Below, piece after piece: positions 9,522 to 19,180 of a stretch of DNA of 64,000 nt. Position 1 is the first letter of the stretch. Each line of letters starts with the position of its first letter. The stretch is from an uncultured virus (IMG/VR IMGVR_UViG_2541047086_000003) (Duplodnaviria > Heunggongvirae > Uroviricota > Caudoviricetes), in the IMG/VR virus record IMGVR_UViG_2541047086_000003, positions 62,001 to 126,000 of that record; one strand, 5' to 3'. Under the pieces are notes generated by a model. It did not search any database and was not told where the DNA came from. It saw only the letters and a program-made list of their open reading frames with translations. Position numbers and translations under genes: made by a program.

Positions 9522-9737
9522 TCAATCTTTTTTTATATCCATCGGTGCACCTGGATACACCCCACACCAATAGCAAATTTCCTTAACTTTTCTAGATTCT
9601 TCTTCATTGACTCCGATTACATATAAAAAGTTTTGCTTTATTTCCAACATCGAATAGTGAGTAGCACTATTATCAAAATCACGGTGTCCAGCAGTCTTGT
9701 TAATTGGCTTTACTTTGTCATCAACTTTTAAATTCAT
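9522..9737 (-). CDS. Hypothetical protein
   Basis: 71-aa ORF, RBS GAGGTGAG. Confidence 0.6.
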   Translation of the reverse strand: MNLKVDDKVKPINKTAGHRDFDNSATHYSMLEIKQNFLYVIGVNEEESRKVKEICYWCGVYPGAPMDIKKD

Positions 9738-9795
9738 TGAGCTCTCTCACCTCTTCGCTTTAGTATTGGCTAACAAGCCCCTGTGAAATATTGTT

Positions 9796-9978
9796 TTATT
9801 CCGATTTCAATGCATTCACAAGCTTTTCTTTACAATCATCACATACATTTACAATACTTCTTGCATACGGCACGTATACGCTGTATACGCCCTTTATTCT
9901 TCTGTGTCCACATCCATCGCAATAATCGTTTTCTTCTGATTTATAGACATTGATTTTCTCTCTATCCAAACTACACAC
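9796..9978 (-). CDS. Zinc-finger-like hypothetical protein (5' end uncertain)
   Basis: CDGC...CDDC. Confidence 0.5.
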   Translation of the reverse strand: MCSLDREKINVYKSEENDYCDGCGHRRIKGVYSVYVPYARSIVNVCDDCKEKLVNALKSE

Positions 9979-10091
9979 GCCCGTCCTATCTGATTTTATG
10001 ATATTTAAAGATGTTGTCGATACTATGTAAGACCGAACAATCTAAGTCTTTCATATCCTTAGCCTGACCAGTTCTTGAAATTGTTCCAATC

Positions 10092-10517
10092 TCAATATTT
10101 CTCGTTATCTTTTGTCACTGCGTACCCTCCGTTATTTGGCATGTATCTCATACTGATTAATGCATCGAAAGTTGTATTGATAACTGCCGTCACACTGTTT
10201 GTATTGTATGACCTATACGGCATGTTCCCATGTTCATTTATCGAAAATTCGTACATTTTAATGTCCTTATCGAATGCTAGTTTGAAATTTTTGAATCTGT
10301 CGTCGACCTCTAACGCTTCGAGTATATCTCCAACTAGATTCTTATCACTCTGTATATGGTCTATACGGCATCTATAATTTCCGTCAAAATCAAATAGACT
10401 TACAGTCGATCTATTTCCTTTTCCTGTGTACGGATGCAATTTCAATAAATCAGTTATGATCACTTTAACTTTTCCGTCTTTTCTATCCCATAAATCGATT
10501 GTTCCTTCTTTCATCAC
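10092..10517 (-). CDS. Hypothetical protein
   Basis: 141-aa ORF, RBS AGGAGGG. Confidence 0.7.
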   Translation of the reverse strand: MMKEGTIDLWDRKDGKVKVIITDLLKLHPYTGKGNRSTVSLFDFDGNYRCRIDHIQSDKNLVGDILEALEVDDRFKNFKLAFDKDIKMYEFSINEHGNMPYRSYNTNSVTAVINTTFDALISMRYMPNNGGYAVTKDNEKY

Positions 10518-10548
10518 AGCACCCTCCTATATGTTTAAAATTGTTGTT

Positions 10549-12489
10549 TTAATCATATTGAACATTTTGATTATCATCTAACCAAAATCTTTCATTTCCC
10601 GTATTATATTGTTTGCACAAATTGTTATATTCTCTTTTACTTACATAGATTCGGACATCCATACGAAGTTCATTCCAAGGATTTTTAATAGCCCAATCCA
10701 TCGGGTCAACACTATTCAAAATTGGGTTCCCAAAATAGCTTTTGCCCTTCTTAAAACCTTGTAGTAGTTCGTGCAACTCATGAACTTCACATCCGCAAAG
10801 ATCAGCTATATGTCCTGCTGTTCTTGGATGAAAATGTCCAACTATGGAAGCCGTTTTATTACTAACAACACATTTAAAATCATCTCTATAAAGGTCTGTT
10901 CCATAACCATAAATATTGCAGTATTGCCCGTTATAACTATTCTCTGAAAGTAAAGAAACATTGAGAATATTTCCGTTAGATTCAGGTTTCTCCCAATCTC
11001 CGTTTAGTGTTCTCGCTTCTTCTTTGTCTTTATTAACAATGAATTTTCTATAGATCATAGATTTAAGAAGATTAGGTAAATTCCCTTTAATAGCCTGAGC
11101 AAACCATTGCTTAACTTCAGCTTTTCTTTCGTAATACTCTTGAGTCAGCTTCTCACTTATTACCTGCGCTTGATTATAACGAGCTAAATAAAGACGCTCC
11201 TTTTCTAATTCTTGCTTACTGCCAAAAGTAGATGCATTCATTTTTTTAAGCGAAAGAGATAGTCCCTCAGTTCGATTATCTTCATTTGATAAAAGCGGCA
11301 CAGAGTCTTTATTATCAACAACATCAAAAGTGTGTTCAGGCACATCGTATCGCTCAATCATCCAATCATTGCTACCAGTTGGTTCAAATTCGAAAACATT
11401 TTTTAAATTTTCGGTCTGCATAGTTTGTCCAGTTATTTTAGGTAAGTTCAGATGGGTATATGAAGAAACTGCAATTTCATTTTTCTGCGCTTCTTCTAAG
11501 AGAAAATCTGTTTCCTTTATCATAAGTGGCGTATAGGAAAGCTCTGATGATTTATAGTCTTCTTCAAAAAACTTTTTCTTTATTAAATCAAACATCATGA
11601 TAAGCCATACAATTTCATCATCATCTAAGTCTTTAATAGGTTTTATTGAAGTTCCTTCATATTGTGTAACAAGTCTGTTTTCGGACGAAATATATGCTCG
11701 ATGGTTGTCTCCAAACTCAATATCAAGTATCGAATATGGAAAGTGGTATTCCACAATTCTTTCATAGAAAGCCCTTCCTTTTGATCTTGTTCTCGATAGC
11801 TGTGAGCGAAGTGGATGACGTTGTTTTTCACGATCTGTAAGTATTGAAAGTGTACCTCCATTTCTTACAGCGAATACAAAATAAGAATCGCCTAAGTCTT
11901 GCATGTTCTGTATCATTGCAACTACGATTCCCGAATCAACTGTCATCATCCACTTCAATAAGGTGTTAATATCCTTAAAAACAAAAATATCCTTATATAT
12001 CCGTGGTTTTTTTGAAGTTGCTGTCCCCTGTGTGAATTGCACAATTTCTAGCTCATTTATTGCGTTATATGCGCTATAGCGTAACTCTGCTAGACTATCT
12101 TCGTCACCTATCATTGATTTATATACCCTCTGATCAATTCCATAGTGTGAAAGACTTTCTAATAGGCGCCGTTTGAACTCCTCTTTGATAGTTGTTACTT
12201 CATCAGAGTTAAGCAGGCTTTTGAATTCTTCCAGTTTGGATAATAAAGTATTAAAGATAGAATAATTCTCCAATATCTCATTCAAGGATAATTTTCTCTC
12301 TTTGGTGAAATCCTTTAAATAAGTGTTCATCAACATCAGAGTAGTTACATAGCTTAGGTCATATTTTAAGGATCTCTCCAAGACTTTATTAGCACTTTGG
12401 ATATTCATGTCTCTTAAAGTAACTTCAGTTTTATTAGGGCTTATTCCTGTTATATCAATCCATAGCTGAAACGCTTTTTCAATATTCAT
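10549..12489 (-). CDS. Large hypothetical phage protein
   Basis: 646-aa ORF, RBS AAGGGAGAG; no motif recognised. Confidence 0.8.
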   Translation of the reverse strand: MNIEKAFQLWIDITGISPNKTEVTLRDMNIQSANKVLERSLKYDLSYVTTLMLMNTYLKDFTKERKLSLNEILENYSIFNTLLSKLEEFKSLLNSDEVTTIKEEFKRRLLESLSHYGIDQRVYKSMIGDEDSLAELRYSAYNAINELEIVQFTQGTATSKKPRIYKDIFVFKDINTLLKWMMTVDSGIVVAMIQNMQDLGDSYFVFAVRNGGTLSILTDREKQRHPLRSQLSRTRSKGRAFYERIVEYHFPYSILDIEFGDNHRAYISSENRLVTQYEGTSIKPIKDLDDDEIVWLIMMFDLIKKKFFEEDYKSSELSYTPLMIKETDFLLEEAQKNEIAVSSYTHLNLPKITGQTMQTENLKNVFEFEPTGSNDWMIERYDVPEHTFDVVDNKDSVPLLSNEDNRTEGLSLSLKKMNASTFGSKQELEKERLYLARYNQAQVISEKLTQEYYERKAEVKQWFAQAIKGNLPNLLKSMIYRKFIVNKDKEEARTLNGDWEKPESNGNILNVSLLSENSYNGQYCNIYGYGTDLYRDDFKCVVSNKTASIVGHFHPRTAGHIADLCGCEVHELHELLQGFKKGKSYFGNPILNSVDPMDWAIKNPWNELRMDVRIYVSKREYNNLCKQYNTGNERFWLDDNQNVQYD

Positions 12490-12571
12490 TAAATCTCTCC
12501 CTTCTGTTTAGAATATGCATTTTATTTTGTTTATATTTTATTTTCACTCTAAAAATTACGCAGTCAAGCCT

Positions 12572-14173
12572 TTATGATGTGAGCATGAGAAGCTTCGATG
12601 TATCCAGGATATAATAAGAAGCGTTGTTTACCGTAGCACTGTAAGATTGCTCACCCTCAAAATCATTGATTACGTCTTTTTCTTCTGCCGTCATATCCTG
12701 ATATTTTACCTTGCCATATGAAGGAGGAAGCCAATTTTTCTTTTGGCTGCCAAAGATATTAAATTTCTTTAGAATTTCCATATCTTTAAACTCGATGTGA
12801 CATGTTCCTTTTTTATAGAAAGTTACATAAAAGTACTTTAATTCTATTTTTTTCGTTTCGCCGTAATGCTCAGCTAGCTTTAAAGTTTCATCTATGTTTA
12901 TGTCTTCTGTTAACCCATTGTCAAGGTAATTGAAAACTTTTTCGATATCTTTCAACTTTTCTAAGACCTTGTAGTCTGTTGGGTTATACCGACCATCTAA
13001 CCAGCTATACACATTCAATGGGATAATTATTTTTTTGTTAATTTTGTATGATTTATTTGTTTTCCATCCATTATATAAGTGCACATTTTTTGATGATTCA
13101 TCATAGTAATGCTTGTGGCTAAATTCTTCAAAAAGATTAAGTATTGTATCTTCTACGCCCTGTGTCATCTCTTTGCTCATCTGAATTCTCAATGTATAGA
13201 TATTGAACAAAGAAAAGTCATAATCTTTTAATTCCTCAACGTGCTGCAAGTACTTTTGTTTCAGGTTGCTTGTAAAGAGACCCATAAACTGATCATTGTT
13301 AAATAACGTATTCCAATACTTCGCCCTAATTTGTTTTATATATGTATTCTCTATGTCAATTTCTTCGGTATTCTTATCAATTTGCAGCTTCAATATCGGA
13401 GCACTGTCATCATTGAAACTATGCAGCATTAATGGTTTTAAACTGTTGTATTCATTGATTAACTTTAAACCCGCTTTAATTTCATAATTGAATTGTTCTA
13501 CAATCCCTTTTATAAAGTCTGCATTCACCAACTGTGTTGCTTTATAATCGGCACTAATTTTATGGGACTCATCTTTTTTCAATTCTTCTATTAGAACACT
13601 GTCATATTCTTGTTTTTCAATGCTTATATAAATTAGAGCTGTTTCAACTTCTGTGCTTCGCTCCGAACCCTGGAAACCGTTTTGAATGTATTCGACTTCT
13701 GCATTTATTTCCTCTAGCTTACGTATAAGAAATTTCCTGTCATTTGAATACGGATTTTTTAATGTTTCGGCATTTAGTAAGCAAACAATTTGGCCGGATC
13801 TTTGTTGCTTTTCAATTAATTCAATCGCCTTTAATAAATGTTTAACACCGCTACTAAAAGGTGGATTCATAAAAATCAAATCATACTTCTTGTAAGTGCT
13901 AAGCGTCAGAAAATCATCTGCAATCACTCTGTAATCTTTGCCTTTAAGTATGTGTCGTAAGTTTTCATCTTGTTCAATTGTATCAATGTCATATTTCGAA
14001 TTCCTTCTATAGTTGCTGGTGTTTTTAAATTGATTGTGAATAGCTTCTACTAAATTCCCTTTGCCTGCTGAGGGCTCCAGAACGGAGTTAATGTACTTCC
14101 ATTCTACTTTAGATGTCATTTTTCGGATTAACTGTGGTGGTGTCGGATAAAAATCCGGATTATCTTTAAACAT
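12572..14173 (-). CDS. SAM-dependent N6-adenine DNA methyltransferase with DUF4942-like C-terminus
   Basis: DFYPTP, motif I VLEPSAGKG, motif IV MNPPF; C-terminal FYKKGTCHIEF typical of DUF4942. Confidence 0.85.
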   Translation of the reverse strand: MFKDNPDFYPTPPQLIRKMTSKVEWKYINSVLEPSAGKGNLVEAIHNQFKNTSNYRRNSKYDIDTIEQDENLRHILKGKDYRVIADDFLTLSTYKKYDLIFMNPPFSSGVKHLLKAIELIEKQQRSGQIVCLLNAETLKNPYSNDRKFLIRKLEEINAEVEYIQNGFQGSERSTEVETALIYISIEKQEYDSVLIEELKKDESHKISADYKATQLVNADFIKGIVEQFNYEIKAGLKLINEYNSLKPLMLHSFNDDSAPILKLQIDKNTEEIDIENTYIKQIRAKYWNTLFNNDQFMGLFTSNLKQKYLQHVEELKDYDFSLFNIYTLRIQMSKEMTQGVEDTILNLFEEFSHKHYYDESSKNVHLYNGWKTNKSYKINKKIIIPLNVYSWLDGRYNPTDYKVLEKLKDIEKVFNYLDNGLTEDINIDETLKLAEHYGETKKIELKYFYVTFYKKGTCHIEFKDMEILKKFNIFGSQKKNWLPPSYGKVKYQDMTAEEKDVINDFEGEQSYSATVNNASYYILDTSKLLMLTS

Positions 14174-14224
14174 TTTGAGCTCCCCTTTTTAGGGAATGAG
14201 ATGTTTTCCCATCCCCTCATTAGT

Positions 14225-16108
14225 TTATAGATTAGGCTTATATGTGTTAATTATTGGTTTGAAGCTTTTTTTATTTAAATAACCTAAAACCTCATCGAAT
14301 TGTCTTTTGTCGCAAGAGTGGTACTTACTGTGAATTATTTTCATTCCATCTGGTTTAACCTCTACATTATTCAATACTGTTTCGGGCAGCGAGTGCCACC
14401 CTTTGAACATCAATAATTCTGAATAGAAGTGACAACAATATAATTTTCTTTTATTTTCAGGCCGGTATGTCAACTTGACTGCATTATCATATTGGGCATA
14501 TTTAGTTGGCCGGTAACTGTCATACGTTATTCTTTCAGTAATTAAAGATCCAAGATCAGATATGTAAAACAGAGTATATTTTTCACCTTTTTCAAGATCA
14601 GCATTTTTAAATTGTTCTTGAATGCTGTCAACTTCATGGTGAATTCTGTATAAAGCAATTTTTAATTTTTCTGTATCTGCTTGTTGGATAACATTTTTAC
14701 TTAAATTTAAATTATTCAATTTCAATTTTTCTTTGAGTGAAGTTTTATATTTGTCCCAGTCTTCATTGTTCCAGGTTGCAAATATATTTAATTCTTCAAT
14801 GACTGAGCTAGAAAGATCCTCTATTTTTCTCGCTTGATATTTTAACTCCTGCAATTCTTCTTCTTTTAACGCTTGCTTATGAGAAATTGACTTTTCAATT
14901 TTTGCATTGCCTACTAAACCAACGTATCTTGCATAAGAATAACCTTGAGCGTCTACAATAAATTGCAATTTCCCGCCGTAGTACACTCCTACGCCATATA
15001 AATTCCATCTGACTGTGTTCTTTTCTAGATCGTCCATATTGTAATAATCAATCATTGAGTTGATTCTGTTGTCTTCCGTAAAGCTGCCCCCTGTTTCCGC
15101 AAGAAAATCAAAATCATTTAAAAGCAAGTTAGAAAAGTTGTTTAAAGCTTCTTCAGTATTGAAATGTACTTCTTTTGTAATTTTCACATTTTCAAGTCTG
15201 TAGTCACCTTTAGCAACCTCGTCTTTGTATTGATCAAGTGTTTGATTTTTGTTTAAGTTGGCAAACTGTGCATCAATAACAAAATACTCTTGATCTTCAT
15301 TCAGTTGTTTTACTACAATGCTGCTATAGATATTTTCGGCTTGTTTCTTTTCTTCTTGCCGTCTCTTATATTCAGCATTTTTGATTTCTTGTTCTTTTAA
15401 ATATTCCTGCAGTTCTTTTTCTTTTCTCGCTTTCTCGACTTCTTTGAATTCTTCCATCTTTGAATCAAACAGAGTCATATCTTCTTTAATTTCTTCTGTT
15501 TGTTCTGTCACTGTATATTCCCAATCTAATGAAACATGACCATAAAAGTTGTAGCTACCTGCGTAATCAGTGTATGGATCTGCTGGGCTGTAGCAATGGC
15601 GATAATTGTTTAAAAGACTGTTGCAATAATCATAAATCGCAGTCAAATAAGCTGACCCTTTTTCATAAGGACTTGATTTAATTTTGATGTTAATAGTGCT
15701 ATGTAAATAGCTTCCCCCAGTAGTAACAGAGAATTTGCATTGTGGGAAACGTTGTCTCAAATGCTTTCTTATTTCCTTTGCCATTTCTTTCACTTCTTGT
15801 TCCTTATTTACTTCTAACTCATTCCATTGTGTTGCATCCCACAGACTCATTTTTACACCCTTAGCTTTCTTTTTGGTTTTTGTGATTGTTTTAGATGATG
15901 AGATTTCTTGTTTAGTAACACCATTAGCGACCTGCATTGATTTTTCTGTCCGCTTGCTCCACCAACATTTTTTGAATCCAGAGTATCGAAAACCGTTTGA
16001 TTTAAGATGAGTTAAAACCTCTTGTTCTGGTTTACTATCAAAATAAAGTTCAATTCCGTTTAACTCTTCGTTAATTCTTAAAACAGCTGTCATTTTCAAT
16101 CTCTCCAT
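14225..16108 (-). CDS. LPD29-like (polyvalent protein-associated domain) protein
   Basis: AKEIRKHLRQRFPQCKFSVT...ADPYTDY; N-terminal GIELYFDSKP...LKSNGFRYS...WW. Confidence 0.65.
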   Translation of the reverse strand: MERLKMTAVLRINEELNGIELYFDSKPEQEVLTHLKSNGFRYSGFKKCWWSKRTEKSMQVANGVTKQEISSSKTITKTKKKAKGVKMSLWDATQWNELEVNKEQEVKEMAKEIRKHLRQRFPQCKFSVTTGGSYLHSTINIKIKSSPYEKGSAYLTAIYDYCNSLLNNYRHCYSPADPYTDYAGSYNFYGHVSLDWEYTVTEQTEEIKEDMTLFDSKMEEFKEVEKARKEKELQEYLKEQEIKNAEYKRRQEEKKQAENIYSSIVVKQLNEDQEYFVIDAQFANLNKNQTLDQYKDEVAKGDYRLENVKITKEVHFNTEEALNNFSNLLLNDFDFLAETGGSFTEDNRINSMIDYYNMDDLEKNTVRWNLYGVGVYYGGKLQFIVDAQGYSYARYVGLVGNAKIEKSISHKQALKEEELQELKYQARKIEDLSSSVIEELNIFATWNNEDWDKYKTSLKEKLKLNNLNLSKNVIQQADTEKLKIALYRIHHEVDSIQEQFKNADLEKGEKYTLFYISDLGSLITERITYDSYRPTKYAQYDNAVKLTYRPENKRKLYCCHFYSELLMFKGWHSLPETVLNNVEVKPDGMKIIHSKYHSCDKRQFDEVLGYLNKKSFKPIINTYKPNL

Positions 16109-16164
16109 CCTTTATAATCATTTTATTTTTACTCTAAATGTATGTAATCCTTTGACTTGATTTA

Positions 16165-16193
16165 ATTTTAACATGATCACTTTAAATATTCAA
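16165..16193 (-). promoter_or_regulatory. Sigma-A promoter with 19-bp operator, flanked by two AGAGTAAAAATAAAA-type boxes
   Basis: Minus strand TTGAAT-17bp-TAAAAT with TG; operator at 16174-16192; boxes at 16121-16135 and 16200-16214. Confidence 0.75.
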
Positions 16194-16399
16194 TAGTTAT
16201 TTTATTTTTATTCTAAAAAGAGAAAAACATATTATCGAGGTTCAGCTTGCTGAAACGAGACGGCCGTAAAGGCACTTTCTTTACGGACGAATTTATTATT
16301 TTTTATTTAATTATTTTTATGGTTCTCCTTAAGACTTAGGCTCTAAAACCCTTGATATGACTGGCTTATTTTTTAAGTTTAAGAGGTTTGTCCTCTTTA

Positions 16400-17617
16400 T
16401 CAGGTATCGAGCCAGTTTGTGAGCAGCTTCCTCATTCTCAAAGAAGGTATGTACAAAGTTATTTCTTCTCCATCCCTAATAGCAGACCTCCATACCCATT
16501 GCACTAACTCAGACAATGCAAATGCGTCCTGGTCTATTGTAATACTGTACTTTTCTTTAAAATAATTATACAGAACAGTATTCGTATATCTGTTTATTGT
16601 ATATGCTAAGTGTTTCTTATGCTTAAACTCGTTTGTAGCACGTGCATTACATGAAACAAAGCCTTTTGTATACCCATTGCCCTTTATTCTGTTCTTATGG
16701 TCTGAATAAGTCGTCCACATAGCTTCATCACTTGACGACTTAACAATATTATTAAAGTAATTGAATACATTGTTCTTCACCTTTTTGATTGTGTAAGGTG
16801 ATTTATTTTTATACCAATTAGAAGACAGTGAAAACTCCAGTTGTCCTATTGTGTTTAGATTACCTTCATATATTTTTATTTTGTTTCTTAACTCTTTCTT
16901 AAAGCTCCTTTCATAATCAGTACTGTGATCAATGAACCTATACTGCCCATCCATGTAAGCTGAAATGTACTTTTGATACTTAATGTTGTTCAGATCGTAG
17001 TAATACTTTTGTATTTGAGCATCAAACATATATGTAAGTATGTAAACCTCCTTGAATAACTGGAATACGTCGGCAGGAAAGTTCCAAATCAATATATTGT
17101 CTTTGAAATACATTAGGTTGTTATTTAACGCCATATCTCGAATATCATCGTATCGTGTTTCATAGTCTTTTTTTTCTTCATTCCATTTGACAAAACCGTC
17201 TTCAACATAAATCAAATTGGAATCAAACAGTGTTGTTAGATCATGTTTCTTCACCTGTAATTGTTCCACTACTTCCATGACTTCATCTAATATCAGTGTG
17301 TAATTGCCTGCAAGTATAAGTTCTTTTGTCTCGTCGTTTGCGTTTTTAAAAAGGTTATGAGTTGCCACAATGTTTTTATTCTGTGATAAGAGTTCGTGAA
17401 AGGATTCAAACTTATATTGTGTTTTATCACCTTTCTTCTTTACTTTAGGTTCGAAAAATTGTTTGGACTTTATGCTTTTCTTTATGCGCTCAACTTCATT
17501 TAAATAAGGTGTGATGAATATAAAGGTTTCTTCTTTACTGGCAGAATTCATTTTGTTAATCGCTGCAGATGTTTTACCGCTCCCCATAACCGAATCAACT
17601 ATTTTAATTTTATTCAT
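16400..17617 (-). CDS. yonV: YonV-like superfamily-2 helicase-like ATPase
   Basis: Walker A MGSGKT, ITPY (motif Ia), LILDEV (Walker B), QWVWRSAIR (motif VI-like). Confidence 0.8.
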   Translation of the reverse strand: MNKIKIVDSVMGSGKTSAAINKMNSASKEETFIFITPYLNEVERIKKSIKSKQFFEPKVKKKGDKTQYKFESFHELLSQNKNIVATHNLFKNANDETKELILAGNYTLILDEVMEVVEQLQVKKHDLTTLFDSNLIYVEDGFVKWNEEKKDYETRYDDIRDMALNNNLMYFKDNILIWNFPADVFQLFKEVYILTYMFDAQIQKYYYDLNNIKYQKYISAYMDGQYRFIDHSTDYERSFKKELRNKIKIYEGNLNTIGQLEFSLSSNWYKNKSPYTIKKVKNNVFNYFNNIVKSSSDEAMWTTYSDHKNRIKGNGYTKGFVSCNARATNEFKHKKHLAYTINRYTNTVLYNYFKEKYSITIDQDAFALSELVQWVWRSAIRDGEEITLYIPSLRMRKLLTNWLDT

Positions 17618-17636
17618 AAATATACAGACTTCCCCC

Positions 17637-18485
17637 TTAAATATTATATATCCATTGTGAAAGCAGCTTTTCCATTCTCATCGAAGGAATGAACACTGTT
17701 AAAGGCTTATTGATATTGCCACAGTTTATTATCCATTTTAAAATCAAAGATAAAGCGTATGTATCTTCATCTAGAGATGACAACTCGTTATATTTCGCAA
17801 TCAAAAACGAGTTTGGGAAACAATTGGCTGCAAAGCACAGATAACTTTTCTTTTCCTTTAGCTCTTGACCATTGAGAGGTACAAATCTTTTCTTGTTTCC
17901 TTTGAATTCTAATTGTCTCGCATATTGTGTGAATGTTGTCCAGCAACGCTCTTGACTAGTTGATTTTGTTTGATTATAAAAATAATTATTCATATTCAAT
18001 TTTAATTGTTGCACAGCACCACCAGAGTTTTTATTGAACCAAGTTTTACTGTAGTCATATCTATTATTTCCGCTATGAAGCAACTTACCTTTTTTCTCGT
18101 GGATTATTAAGTTTTTCTTTAAGAGATGCAGAGTTCTCTCTGAAAGGTTTTTACAATAAAACACATCTTCTACGAAACTAGAAGGAGCTGAAATGCTCCG
18201 CATTGTAGTGGAGCTTAGAACATTATACAGACCGTCTGTGTCCTCTCCATCTAGCCACATTTGCTCTATTTTTAATAAATCCTTTTTCTTTTCTACATGC
18301 TCCAATATTTCGAATGTGAAATCATTTAAGCTATGTTTATCCCAATCTTTCTGAAGGATATGAGAATGGTGAACCCCATAATGTAGATCATTTATATGTT
18401 GTTCCCAACGTTTGAATACATTTATGCTACTTCCTATATATTTTTTTCCGTTATGCTTATTTGTTATCTGATATATTCCTTTCAT
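17637..18485 (-). CDS. GIY-YIG nuclease fused to a YonV C-terminal-like domain
   Basis: GIYQITNKHNGKKYIGSS...R...E; C-terminal ~170 aa aligns by eye with the YonV C-terminus. Confidence 0.8.
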   Translation of the reverse strand: MKGIYQITNKHNGKKYIGSSINVFKRWEQHINDLHYGVHHSHILQKDWDKHSLNDFTFEILEHVEKKKDLLKIEQMWLDGEDTDGLYNVLSSTTMRSISAPSSFVEDVFYCKNLSERTLHLLKKNLIIHEKKGKLLHSGNNRYDYSKTWFNKNSGGAVQQLKLNMNNYFYNQTKSTSQERCWTTFTQYARQLEFKGNKKRFVPLNGQELKEKKSYLCFAANCFPNSFLIAKYNELSSLDEDTYALSLILKWIINCGNINKPLTVFIPSMRMEKLLSQWIYNI

Positions 18486-18748
18486 TTTACCTCCTTATAA
18501 TTTCTTTTTAAAAAGGAACGATAAACAATATACCGCTCCTTCTTACGTCTTAAATTCAATTGTTAGTTCTCTCTTCAAGATCATTAAAGTGTCCTTCCAG
18601 CCTAGAAAATGAATCATTATTGCACTGTTGATCACTTTTTATTTTGGCAACATAGATGCAATTTCTTCAGGTTCATTTGTGTCAATCCATTTTTCTGTCC
18701 CGCTCACCACTAATAAGCACCATTAATTGTGATGTCAGTTAGATTTGT

Positions 18749-18952
18749 TTACCTTCTTTTGGCGTATACAAAGTAAGCGATCCATAACAAAATGACAATG
18801 ATACACGTTACTATGAAGATAGCCATAATAAGCGACTGTATTCCGCTGCTGAAATAATCTTTGATGAACAGGAACAATAAGAATAAAACAACAAATGTAA
18901 TGTTCGTAAACCACAATGAGCATCGCTTCATGTTTACAAAGTGCTTGTCCAT
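18749..18952 (-). CDS. yoyJ: YoyJ-like small membrane protein (putative type I toxin)
   Basis: 2 TMs, directly downstream of yonT; start uncertain. Confidence 0.6.
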   Translation of the reverse strand: MDKHFVNMKRCSLWFTNITFVVLFLLFLFIKDYFSSGIQSLIMAIFIVTCIIVILLWIAYFVYAKRR

Positions 18953-18965
18953 GTTATAATATGGG

Positions 18966-19060
18966 TAGTGACTAAAGGGGAATTAATCCCCTTTAGCGTG
19001 TTATCTGCGTATACGTTTGCGTTGTCTCTTGCTACGGAGGCGCTTGCGTGTACGCTTTTT
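18966..19060 (+). ncRNA. SR6-like antisense antitoxin RNA
   Basis: Extended -10 TGTTATAAT (18952-18960) with TTTACA -35; hairpin CTAAAGGGGA...TCCCCTTTAG; ends in GCGTATACG/CGTGTACGC stem plus T-run; antisense to the yonT 3' end. Confidence 0.7.
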
Positions 19061-19180
19061 ATTTTTGCTTTTCTTATTCTTCATCAGGTTTTGAATCTTC
19101 TCAGCTATCGTTAAACAGTTGATGATTAAAACCGTGATAGGAATAAGGAAAGCAATTGCTATACCCACTTTCTCAAGCAC
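19001..19180 (-). CDS. yonT: YonT type I toxin (59 aa)
   Basis: GTG start after AAAGGAGGTG; hydrophobic N-terminus and basic tail KRTRKRLRSKRQRKRIRR; promoter ATGACT-17bp-TATAAT with TG. Confidence 0.85.
   Translation of the reverse strand: MLEKVGIAIAFLIPITVLIINCLTIAEKIQNLMKNKKSKNKKRTRKRLRSKRQRKRIRR

Noticed and set aside
2694..12524. CRISPR array or classical integron attC sites
   Set aside because: Repeats are 16 bp, degenerate and separated by whole genes; no cas genes and no attC-type hairpins
18545..18730. yonU-like CDS downstream of yoyJ
   Set aside because: The minus-strand frames I translated are interrupted by stops; at most a remnant
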